A stretch of DNA of 33,226 nt, taken from NCBI GenBank assembly GCA_018714665.1, contig DVNA01000004.1:1-33226 (forward strand), in the 5' to 3' direction. Position numbers and translations under genes: made by a program. Below are positions 1-7,418 of the stretch, one piece after another. Position 1 is the stretch's first letter. Each line of letters starts with the position of its first letter. The notes under the pieces are model-generated. The model saw only the letters and a program-made list of their open reading frames with translations, made no database searches and had not been told where the DNA came from. The DNA is from Candidatus Gallibacteroides avistercoris. Lineage in GTDB: Bacteria; Bacteroidota; Bacteroidia; Bacteroidales; CHK158-818.

Positions 1-31
1 AAGGAAATTTTATTTATAAACAGAAATAAAT

Positions 32-57
32 TACTTTTGTGCTCCGAAATAAATTTG
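32..57 (+). promoter_or_regulatory. Two candidate Bacteroidetes sigma-AB -7 boxes (TAnnTTTG) upstream of the TPR gene
   Basis: TACTTTTG at 32-39 and TAAATTTG at 50-57 in an AT-rich leader, 37-55 nt before the ATG at 94. No Shine-Dalgarno sequence, as is usual in Bacteroidota. Confidence 0.35.
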
Positions 58-93
58 TTTAACACGTTATAAAGCTAAATAAAACAAATAGTC

Positions 94-777
94 ATGTCAA
101 AAGAACCCAAAACACACGATGAGTTGGATACTGTAAATGAAGCGCTTACCAGATCAGAACAATTTATCGAAAAGAATCAGAAAAATATCATAACGGCGGT
201 TATAGCAGTTATCTTGGTTGTATCTGCCATATTGAGTTTCCGTTATTTCTACATACTTCCCAAACAGGAACGGGCACAAGCCGAGATGTTTAAAGGAGTA
301 TTTTATTTTGAGAAAGACTCGTTTCAGTTGGCTTTGACCGGAAACGGTACAGACTATGTCGGGTTTGAAGCCATTGCCGACGAACACAGCTCAACCCCCG
401 CCGGAAACCTGGCACAGGCATACGCCGGCATCTCTCACATGCGCCTGGGAAATTATGAACAGGCCATCAAATACCTGAAAGCGTTCGATGCCGACGACGA
501 TATGGTAGCTCCTACCTTGATAGGTGCCATTGGCGACTGTTACGTCAATATGGACCAAGTAAAAGAGGGAATCAGCTACTTTGAAAAGGCTGCCAAAAAA
601 GCTGACAACGACTTGATCAGCCCCATTTACCTGAAAAAAGCCGGTATTGCTTACGAAAGCCTGAAAGAGTACGACAAGGCGGTAAAGGCCTACGAAACCA
701 TAAAAAATAAATATGCCAGCTCTATGGAAGCATCCGATATAGAAAAATATATCGAGAGAGCCTCCGTTCAGAAATAA
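94..777 (+). CDS. Membrane-anchored tetratricopeptide-repeat protein (YfgM/TPR-like)
   Basis: 227-aa ORF with ATG at 94. One hydrophobic helix ([18 protein letters not shown]) follows a polar N-terminus. TPR-like repeats follow ([22 protein letters not shown]; [21 protein letters not shown]). A hairpin lies directly downstream. Confidence 0.7.
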   Translation: MSKEPKTHDELDTVNEALTRSEQFIEKNQKNIITAVIAVILVVSAILSFRYFYILPKQERAQAEMFKGVFYFEKDSFQLALTGNGTDYVGFEAIADEHSSTPAGNLAQAYAGISHMRLGNYEQAIKYLKAFDADDDMVAPTLIGAIGDCYVNMDQVKEGISYFEKAAKKADNDLISPIYLKKAGIAYESLKEYDKAVKAYETIKNKYASSMEASDIEKYIERASVQK

Positions 778-795
778 AAAGTCGATAACACGCAG

Positions 796-827
796 AAAAG
801 AGCCGCTCAACGGACAGCGGCTCTTTT
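796..827 (+). terminator. Rho-independent-type hairpin after the TPR gene
   Basis: Perfect 12-bp stem aaaagagccgct / agcggctctttt (796-807 pairs with 816-827) with an 8-nt loop. The 3' arm ends in TTTT. Confidence 0.5.
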
Positions 828-844
828 CATATAATAACTGTAAA

Positions 845-1336
845 ATGGCAACAGCATATCAAAATTTGTCGGATTACGATGTAAACAGCGTACCGGACGC
901 ATCCGGCATGACGGTGGCCGTGGTAACGGCCGAGTGGAACCGGAACATTACGGAAAAGTTACTCGAAGGCGCTTGCAACACCCTCGAAAAGCACGGTGTA
1001 AAAGCCGAGAACATAAAGGTGGCGCGCGTACCGGGAACCTTTGAACTCACCTTCGGCGCCCAGCAGATGGCCGAAGCGTACAGTCCCGATGCCGTTATCG
1101 TTTTGGGATGTGTGGTACGTGGCGATACCCCTCATTTCGATTACGTCTGTCAAGGGGTAACACAAGGAATCACGCACCTGAATACTCTGTTCGGTATTCC
1201 CTTCATTTTCGGGGTATTGACCACCGATACCATGCAGCAGGCCGAAGACCGCGCCGGTGGAAAATATGGTAATAAAGGAGACGAAGCGGCTGTTACGGCA
1301 ATAAAAATGCACGATTTTGCTTGCAAGTTAAAATAA
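845..1336 (+). CDS. ribH: 6,7-dimethyl-8-ribityllumazine synthase
   Basis: 163 aa. Family-typical segments: [55 protein letters not shown]. Confidence 0.93.
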   Translation: MATAYQNLSDYDVNSVPDASGMTVAVVTAEWNRNITEKLLEGACNTLEKHGVKAENIKVARVPGTFELTFGAQQMAEAYSPDAVIVLGCVVRGDTPHFDYVCQGVTQGITHLNTLFGIPFIFGVLTTDTMQQAEDRAGGKYGNKGDEAAVTAIKMHDFACKLK

Positions 1337-1342
1337 TAATTG

Positions 1343-1350
1343 TACCTTTG
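1343..1350 (+). promoter_or_regulatory. Candidate -7 box (TACCTTTG) for the tRNA pair
   Basis: Exact TAnnTTTG match 17 nt upstream of the tRNA-Tyr 5' end. Confidence 0.4.
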
Positions 1351-1366
1351 CCACGCAAATAAAAAA

Positions 1367-1449
1367 GGGCGAATACCAGAGTGGCCAAATGGGGCAGACT
1401 GTAAATCTGCTGTCTTACGACTTCGGTGGTTCGAATCCATCTTCGCCCA
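1367..1449 (+). tRNA. tRNA-Tyr (anticodon GTA), class II with long variable arm
   Basis: Folded by hand. 7-bp acceptor stem GGGCGAA/TTCGCCC; 3-bp D stem. Anticodon stem GCAGA/TCTGC with loop CTGTAAA. Variable-arm hairpin gtc-ttac-gac. T arm GGTGG-TTCGAAT-CCATC. Discriminator A; CCA not encoded. Confidence 0.9.
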
Positions 1450-1479
1450 CACCTCTTCCAGAGGAAGCCAAGTTTGTTT

Positions 1480-1555
1480 GCGGGAGTAGCTCAGTCGATA
1501 GAGCATCAGCCTTCCAAGCTGAGGGTCGCGGGTTTGAGTCCCGTTTCCCGCTCCA
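1480..1555 (+). tRNA. tRNA-Gly (anticodon TCC), CCA encoded
   Basis: Folded by hand. Acceptor stem GCGGGAG/TTCCCGC (one G-U pair). D stem GCTC/GAGC. Anticodon stem TCAGC/GCTGA with loop CTTCCAA. T stem GCGGG/CCCGT. The 3' end is TCCA. The D loop reads AGTCGATA and the T loop TTTGAGT (see finding). Confidence 0.88.
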
Positions 1556-1556
1556 A

Positions 1557-1590
1557 AAGACCGGAACAATTCTGTTCCGGTCTTTTTTTG
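1557..1590 (+). terminator. Intrinsic terminator after the tRNA pair
   Basis: 11-bp stem agaccggaaca / tgttccggtct followed by a T7 run (1583-1589). Confidence 0.7.
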
Positions 1591-1677
1591 TTTATTCCGG
1601 TCGTTTTTCCCCTCTCTGGGGGTGTTTCCTCCCTCATTCTCTTTCTGCCGGATAGCCCTGATTCTGATTATAAATTG

Positions 1678-1685
1678 TATATTTG
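1678..1685 (+). promoter_or_regulatory. Candidate -7 box (TATATTTG) for metG
   Basis: Exact TAnnTTTG match 30 nt upstream of the metG ATG at 1715. Confidence 0.4.
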
Positions 1686-1714
1686 CAAACAGAAAACAAG
1701 ATATGCACACCTAT

Positions 1715-3754
1715 ATGGAAAAGAAATTTAAACGCACATTGGTAACTACCGCGCTTCCGTATGCAAACGGGCCGGTACACATCGGACATTTGGCAGGCGT
1801 GTACGTCCCTGCCGACATCTATACCCGCTACCTCCGCCTTAAAGGCGAGGATGTGATCATGATTGGCGGATCGGACGAACATGGCGTACCCATCACCCTC
1901 AAAGCCAAAGCCGAAGGCGTTTCTCCGCAGGATGTGGTAGATCGTTATCACAACATCATAAAAAAATCGTTTGAAGATTTCGGAATATCGTTCGACATAT
2001 ATTCCCGTACAAGTTCGGCGATACATCACCAGACAGCCTCCGACTTCTTCCGTACCCTCTACGACAAAGGCGTCTTTATTGAAAAGACGAGCGAACAGTA
2101 TTATGACCAGGAGGCGCACCAGTTTCTGGCAGACCGTTATATCACCGGTACCTGTCCCCATTGCAAGAATGAGCACGCTTACGGCGACCAGTGCGAAGCC
2201 TGCGGTACCTCGCTCAACGCCACCGACCTGATCAACCCCCGGTCGGCCATCAGCGGAAGTACCCCCGTCATGCGCGAAACCAAGCACTGGTATCTGCCGC
2301 TCGACAAATACGAGGACTTTCTCCGCCAGTGGATACTCGAAGGACACAAGGAGTGGAAGCCCAATGTATATGGACAGTGCAAATCGTGGTTGGATATGGG
2401 GTTGCAGCCCCGTGCCGTCAGCCGCGATTTGGATTGGGGCGTACCCGTACCCGTAGAGGGAGCCGAAGGAAAGGTACTGTACGTATGGTTCGACGCCCCC
2501 ATCGGTTACATCTCCAACACCAAGGAGCTGCTTCCCGATACGTGGGAAAAGTACTGGAAAGATGAGGAGACCAAAATGGTCCATTTCATCGGGAAAGACA
2601 ACATCGTATTCCACTGCATCGTCTTCCCCACGATGTTGAAGGCCGAAGGCAGTTACATCCTTCCCGAAAATGTTCCGGCCAACGAATTCCTCAATTTGGA
2701 GGGCGATAAAATATCTACCTCGCGCAACTGGGCCGTCTGGCTGCACGAGTACCTGGAAGAGTTTCCCGGCAAACAGGATGTCTTGCGCTATGTCTTGACA
2801 GCCAATGCCCCCGAGACAAAAGACAACGACTTTACCTGGAAAGATTTTCAGGCACGTAACAACAACGAGCTGGTAGCCATCCTGGGCAACTTCGTCAACC
2901 GGGCCATGGTACTGACCCATAAATATTTTGCAGGCAAGGTGCCGGTTTGCGGGGCGATGACCGAATACGATACCCAGACCCTCGAAGATTTCAAAAACAT
3001 AAAAAAAGAGCTGGAATCGTTCATCGAGACCTACCGTTTTCGCGATGCCCTGAAAGAGGCGATGAACCTGGCCCGTATCGGCAACAAATACCTGGCCGAT
3101 ACCGAACCGTGGAAATTGGCCAAAACCGATATGAACCGTGTCGGCACCATCCTGAACCTGTCGTTGCAGATAGCTGCCAACCTGGCCATCGCCTTTGAGC
3201 CGTTCCTTCCCTTCTCTGCGAGCAAACTGCGCAAGATGCTCTCCATGCCGCAATGCGACTGGAACCGTCTGGGCGACACCGACATCCTGCCCGAAGGGCT
3301 TCAACTGGGACAGGCGGAACTGCTGTTTGAAAAGATAGAAGATGCCGTGGTAGAGGCCCAGATACAGAAGCTGCTCGATACCAAAAAGGCCAACGAACTG
3401 AAAAACTATACCCCCCAGCCGGCCAAGGCGAACATCTCGTTTGAAGATTTTACCCGCATGGATATTCGTGTCGGCCGGGTATTGGAGGCAGAACGGGTAC
3501 CGAAAACCACCAAACTGATGAAATTGAAGATCGATACGGGCATAGACCGTCGCACCGTCGTATCGGGCATTGCCGAACATTTTACCCCCGAGGAGGTAGT
3601 CGGTCGGCAGGTATCCATTTTGGTGAACCTCGAACCCCGTAAGATCAAGGGAATCGAATCGCAGGGCATGATTCTGATGGCTGAAAATGCCGACGGCAAG
3701 TTGGTTTTCGTACAACCCTCGGCCGAGGTGAAGAACGGCTCCCAAGTTCGGTAA
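1715..3754 (+). CDS. metG: Methionine--tRNA ligase
   Basis: The ORF in the track starts at 1622, but the conserved N-terminus [26 protein letters not shown] begins at the ATG at 1715 (679 aa). HIGH motif (HIGH), KMSKS-type motif (KISTS), zinc knuckle [18 protein letters not shown], and a C-terminal tRNA-binding domain ([23 protein letters not shown]). Confidence 0.95.
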   Translation: MEKKFKRTLVTTALPYANGPVHIGHLAGVYVPADIYTRYLRLKGEDVIMIGGSDEHGVPITLKAKAEGVSPQDVVDRYHNIIKKSFEDFGISFDIYSRTSSAIHHQTASDFFRTLYDKGVFIEKTSEQYYDQEAHQFLADRYITGTCPHCKNEHAYGDQCEACGTSLNATDLINPRSAISGSTPVMRETKHWYLPLDKYEDFLRQWILEGHKEWKPNVYGQCKSWLDMGLQPRAVSRDLDWGVPVPVEGAEGKVLYVWFDAPIGYISNTKELLPDTWEKYWKDEETKMVHFIGKDNIVFHCIVFPTMLKAEGSYILPENVPANEFLNLEGDKISTSRNWAVWLHEYLEEFPGKQDVLRYVLTANAPETKDNDFTWKDFQARNNNELVAILGNFVNRAMVLTHKYFAGKVPVCGAMTEYDTQTLEDFKNIKKELESFIETYRFRDALKEAMNLARIGNKYLADTEPWKLAKTDMNRVGTILNLSLQIAANLAIAFEPFLPFSASKLRKMLSMPQCDWNRLGDTDILPEGLQLGQAELLFEKIEDAVVEAQIQKLLDTKKANELKNYTPQPAKANISFEDFTRMDIRVGRVLEAERVPKTTKLMKLKIDTGIDRRTVVSGIAEHFTPEEVVGRQVSILVNLEPRKIKGIESQGMILMAENADGKLVFVQPSAEVKNGSQVR

Positions 3755-3784
3755 TCTTCCTTTTTCATCGAGAAAAGTTGTGCC

Positions 3785-5236
3785 ATGTCCGGAGAGAGTC
3801 CCCTGAAAGTCAAAACCCAGCACGCGTTGTTGTGGAATGCGTTGGACAAGGTGGTCTTGCAACTTGTCTCGCTGGCGATTAACCTGATTCTGGCCCGGGA
3901 ACTGCTGGACGATACCGACTATGGCCTTTGGGGGATGTTGGCCATTTTTGTGGCCATTGCCAACGCCATGACCGATTGCGGCCTTTCGTCGGCGTTGATA
4001 CGGAAATCCGTCATTTCAGAAAAAGATTACAATACGGCGTTCTATTTCAACCTTGCCTCGTCGTTGCTCCTGTACGGGATACTCTATGCTGCCGCCCCGG
4101 CCATCGCCCGTTTTTACGATGAACCGGTGCTGGTACCGTTGTCGCGGGTACTGTTTCTGGTCCCGATTCTCAATGCCGTAGGGTTGGTACAATCGACGCA
4201 ACTGGCCAAGCAGATACGGTTCAGCCGGCTGACGTTGGTCAATATGGGCAGTCTGCTCTTTTCCGGCGTAGCCGCCATTGCCACGGCCCTGTACGGGTAT
4301 GGCGTCTGGGCGCTCATCATCCAGCAGGTGGTGTTGGCCGGGTCCAAGAGCTTGTTGCTGTGGATGCTGAACCGGTGGCGTCCCAAGTGGCAGTTCAGCA
4401 CGGAATCGTTTAAGGAGATGTTCTTTTTCGGGACCAACCTGACCCTCTCCGGCATCTTGAATGTCGTTTTCCTGAACATATACTCCTCGTTTCTGGGGAA
4501 GTTGTACAAAGAGGATGTCGGTTTCTATGCACAGGCAGTCCGTTGGAGCGACATGGCGGTTTTCTCCCTGGCCGGGACCATCCAGACGGCCACCTATCCC
4601 GTGTTCAGCGCCGTCCAGACCGACACGCAACGGCTTCTTCGCGCCTATCGCAAGACGATGCGTTTTACGGCATTCGTATCCCTGCCGGCCCTGTTGGGGC
4701 TGGTTTTGGTCAGTCGGCCGCTGTTGCTTTGTCTGCTGACCGACAAGTGGGCCGCCTCCATCCCCTATATGCAACTGCTCTGTTTGGCCGGTATCTTTAC
4801 TGTCTTTACGCAGGTGAACCACAATTTCTTGAAGATTGCCGGGAACTCGCGGATGCTGCTGTTGCTCGAAATAGGCAAGATGGCGTTGGTCGGCATCGTG
4901 TTCCTGCTTACCTGGCACCTCTCGCCCGTGGCCATTGTGGCCGGACAGGTACTGGTACGGGTAGTGGTCTATTTCTCGAATGCCTATTTCATCGGCAGGG
5001 TAGTGGGGTATGGCTGGTGGATGCAGTGCAGGGATATCTTCCCGTACGCCGCAATCAGCGGGGCCATGGTAGTGGTGGGGTATGTAGCGGGGCTTCCCGT
5101 TCAGAACATATACGGACAACTGTTCCTGCAAATAGCCATCTGTGCGCTCTTCTACCTGGGCGTCAACAAATGGTTGCATTCCAAGATATTGAGTGAAGTT
5201 TTACAGATATTAAAAAAAGAGAAGAGAGAGATATGA
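3785..5236 (+). CDS. wzx: Wzx-type oligosaccharide flippase (MOP superfamily polysaccharide biosynthesis protein)
   Basis: 483 aa and highly hydrophobic multi-pass. N-terminus (ALLWNALDKVVLQLVSLAINLILARELLDDTDYGLWGMLAIF) is typical of the Wzx/RfbX family. Its stop overlaps the next ATG (ATGA at 5233-5236). Confidence 0.8.
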   Translation: MSGESPLKVKTQHALLWNALDKVVLQLVSLAINLILARELLDDTDYGLWGMLAIFVAIANAMTDCGLSSALIRKSVISEKDYNTAFYFNLASSLLLYGILYAAAPAIARFYDEPVLVPLSRVLFLVPILNAVGLVQSTQLAKQIRFSRLTLVNMGSLLFSGVAAIATALYGYGVWALIIQQVVLAGSKSLLLWMLNRWRPKWQFSTESFKEMFFFGTNLTLSGILNVVFLNIYSSFLGKLYKEDVGFYAQAVRWSDMAVFSLAGTIQTATYPVFSAVQTDTQRLLRAYRKTMRFTAFVSLPALLGLVLVSRPLLLCLLTDKWAASIPYMQLLCLAGIFTVFTQVNHNFLKIAGNSRMLLLLEIGKMALVGIVFLLTWHLSPVAIVAGQVLVRVVVYFSNAYFIGRVVGYGWWMQCRDIFPYAAISGAMVVVGYVAGLPVQNIYGQLFLQIAICALFYLGVNKWLHSKILSEVLQILKKEKREI

Positions 5237-6213
5237 AGACGACAGACAATCCTACCGTAAGCGTATTGATGATATGCTACAATCAACAGGAGTATGTGGG
5301 TCAGGCGATCCGGAGCGTCATGCGGCAGAAGACGACCTTCCCCGTCGAGTTGATTATCCACGACGATTGCAGTACTGATGGTACGGGAGAGGTCTGTATG
5401 CAGTATGCCCGCCGCTATCCAGAGTCGATCCGTTATGTGCGGAACGAAAAAAATGTGGGGTTGGAGGAGAATTTCATCCGTGCCTACCACTTGGCGCGGG
5501 GAAAATACATTGCCATTTGCGAGGGCGATGACTATTGGTTGGGACGGAAAAAGTTGCAGCGGCAGGTCCGTGTGATGGAGGCCCATCCCGAGTATGCCAT
5601 CTGTTTCCATCGGACGCTGAACTACTATATGCACGACGGCAGCAAGAGCCTTACCGCCCGTGAACGGCCCGCTGTTACCACCTTGTACGATTTGGCCCGG
5701 AAGAATTATATCTCGAATGTCTCGTGCCTCTACCGCAAGCAGCCGTTCGAGTTGCCCGCATGGATGTCGCAGGTACGCACCTACGACTATGCCATGCACC
5801 TGCTCAACGCCTGTTACGGCAAAATCGTCTTCCTTCCGCAGGTGATGGCCGTTTACCGGATACACGGTCGCAGCGTATGGAGCGAGTCGGGTGCCGAGAA
5901 GCGTTATCAGATTGCCATGAAGGTGCGTGAATGCGTCATGCTGCATCTGGCCGATACACATCCCGAGGTAGCCGCCATCTTGCGCGAGAAGTACCTGGAT
6001 AATGCCCAAGCGTTGTTGCGTTATTACCGGGCACAGGAAAACCGCGACGGGTTCGACTCGGTTCTGCGTGAGGTACAGCACTACTTTCCCGGTTTTACGG
6101 CGGGCGATGTAGGCGACGCCCTCCCTTCGGGAGGCTCCCCCTTCCGGGCGTTTTTATCTTCGGCCCGGCGTCAGCTTTCAAAATGGTTGCCGCTTCCCGG
6201 CAGGCGGATATAG
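5233..6213 (+). CDS. Glycosyltransferase family 2
   Basis: 326 aa. GT-A N-terminus VSVLMICYNQQEYVGQAIRSVMRQ...LIIHDDCSTDGT and an ICEGDDYW motif. Translationally coupled to wzx. Confidence 0.85.
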   Translation: MKTTDNPTVSVLMICYNQQEYVGQAIRSVMRQKTTFPVELIIHDDCSTDGTGEVCMQYARRYPESIRYVRNEKNVGLEENFIRAYHLARGKYIAICEGDDYWLGRKKLQRQVRVMEAHPEYAICFHRTLNYYMHDGSKSLTARERPAVTTLYDLARKNYISNVSCLYRKQPFELPAWMSQVRTYDYAMHLLNACYGKIVFLPQVMAVYRIHGRSVWSESGAEKRYQIAMKVRECVMLHLADTHPEVAAILREKYLDNAQALLRYYRAQENRDGFDSVLREVQHYFPGFTAGDVGDALPSGGSPFRAFLSSARRQLSKWLPLPGRRI

Positions 6214-6217
6214 GCGA

Positions 6218-6721
6218 TCAAAGGCTTTCGTAACGCTTCATGATGTCGTCGAAGAGCCTTTCCCGTTTCAGAATCCATTCGATAAATTCCCGGAAAGCAC
6301 CGTTCCCTCCACAGCGTGAGGTAACTACCTGTACCCGATCCTTGACGTAATCGACGGCATTTGCCGGCGATGCGCTCAGCCCTGCGTGCAGCAACAGCGG
6401 CAGGTCGTTGATATCATCCCCCATAAAGGCCACCTCTTGCAGCGTGATGCCCATTTGCTGGCATAGCTCACGGGCCAGCGAGAGCTTGTCTTTTACCCCC
6501 AGGAAGATGTGTTCGATGTGAAGTTTCTCGCCTCTTTTCCGGACAATCTCGGTATTCTCTCCCGTCATAATGGCTACCGGAATACCCAGGTCGCGGCAGA
6601 AAATCACGCCCCAGCCGTCGGCTACGTGGAAGCGTTTCATTACATCGCCCTCGCGGGTATAGTACATTCCCCCGTCGGTCCATACACCGTCTATGTCGGT
6701 AATTATCAGTTTCGGTAACAT
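6218..6721 (-). CDS. HAD-superfamily KdsC-type phosphatase (KDO-8-P / KDN-9-P / Neu5Ac-9-P phosphatase family)
   Basis: Trimmed to the ATG at 6721 (167 aa). The longer ORF in the track overlaps the upstream gene. Motif I is DIDGVWTDG and motif IV is MGDDINDLP. Size matches the capless C0 KdsC subfamily. Confidence 0.8.
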   Translation of the reverse strand: MLPKLIITDIDGVWTDGGMYYTREGDVMKRFHVADGWGVIFCRDLGIPVAIMTGENTEIVRKRGEKLHIEHIFLGVKDKLSLARELCQQMGITLQEVAFMGDDINDLPLLLHAGLSASPANAVDYVKDRVQVVTSRCGGNGAFREFIEWILKRERLFDDIMKRYESL

Positions 6722-6723
6722 GG

Positions 6724-7413
6724 TTATAGCAATTTTTCTTTTAGGATAAATTCGGCAAATGCCCAATCCAGCGGCGAGTCCAGGTCGAGCGAGTGGAGCT
6801 CGTCCATCTCCCACTTGCGGATACGTTCGAACCGCGCGAGCGGTTTCTCCCGCAACGTTTGCGGACGTATCACGTAAACCGCCCCGTTGTATTCCCACAC
6901 CGGAGGGGCTTCCTGTCGGCGGGTGTAGCATCCTTTCCCTTTCGAGATGCGCAGAAAACCCGCTTCGTCCGTCTCGAACAGGTTATAGTAGGGGTTGGCC
7001 GAGGCCTGTTTGACCGACACCACCATATCGGTATCGTCGTCGTACAACGCTGTGGCGCCGGCTACATCTTCTACCCGCCGGAAAGGCGAGGTAGGTTGCA
7101 ACAAGATGACGGCATCGAACTGACGTCCGGCCTGTTGGTAGTGGTCTAAGGCGTGCAGGATTACCTCCCGGCTGCCCGAGGTGTCGGACGAGAGGGCCTC
7201 CGGACGGACAAACGGTACCCGCAATCCATATCCTTCGGCAATCCGGATAATCTCTTCGTCATCGGTCGATACGCAGATGTTTTCCGCATCGGTCAGTTGC
7301 AGAGCCATTTCGATGGAGTAACCTATCAGCGGGATACCTGCCAGCGGTTTCCGGTTTTTATGGGGAATCCCCTTGCTCCCTTTGCGGGCGGGAATCAGGT
7401 AGAGTCCGTTCAT
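6724..7413 (-). CDS. CMP-nonulosonic acid synthetase (acylneuraminate cytidylyltransferase family; LegF/NeuA-like)
   Basis: Trimmed to the ATG at 7413 (229 aa). N-terminal signature LIPARKGSKGIPHKNRK; also ILLQPTSPFR. The 391-aa ORF in the track is an out-of-frame overlap with the upstream gene. Confidence 0.85.
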   Translation of the reverse strand: MNGLYLIPARKGSKGIPHKNRKPLAGIPLIGYSIEMALQLTDAENICVSTDDEEIIRIAEGYGLRVPFVRPEALSSDTSGSREVILHALDHYQQAGRQFDAVILLQPTSPFRRVEDVAGATALYDDDTDMVVSVKQASANPYYNLFETDEAGFLRISKGKGCYTRRQEAPPVWEYNGAVYVIRPQTLREKPLARFERIRKWEMDELHSLDLDSPLDWAFAEFILKEKLL

Positions 7414-7418
7414 GGGTA

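Noticed and set aside
778-1714. Possible riboswitches: FMN upstream of ribH, T-box or other leader upstream of metG. I also looked for a SAH element upstream of ahcY at 20387-20547.
   Set aside because: - The leaders are too short. There are 67 nt before ribH, mostly a terminator hairpin, and about 30 nt between the -7 box and the ATG for metG and ahcY.
- None shows the conserved cores I know for these riboswitch classes.
- The CT-rich tract at 1594-1648 has no evident structure beyond a 4-bp stem.
1150-1731. ORFs 1150-1710(-), 1389-1655(+) and 1426-1731(+) spanning the ribH-metG gap.
   Set aside because: They overlap two well-folded tRNA genes and a terminator, and their translations are low-complexity.
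1634-3862. A 742-aa ORF on the minus strand covering all of metG, the longest ORF in the window by residue count after yfhO.
   Set aside because: - Its codons are exactly in register with the metG codons (both begin at positions congruent to 2 mod 3).
- An antisense stop can therefore arise only from a sense TTA, CTA or TCA codon. The open frame simply shows that metG uses none of these three codons.
- The translation is Gly/Val/Arg-rich with no recognisable domain, and metG itself is unambiguous.
- This is a shadow ORF caused by codon bias.
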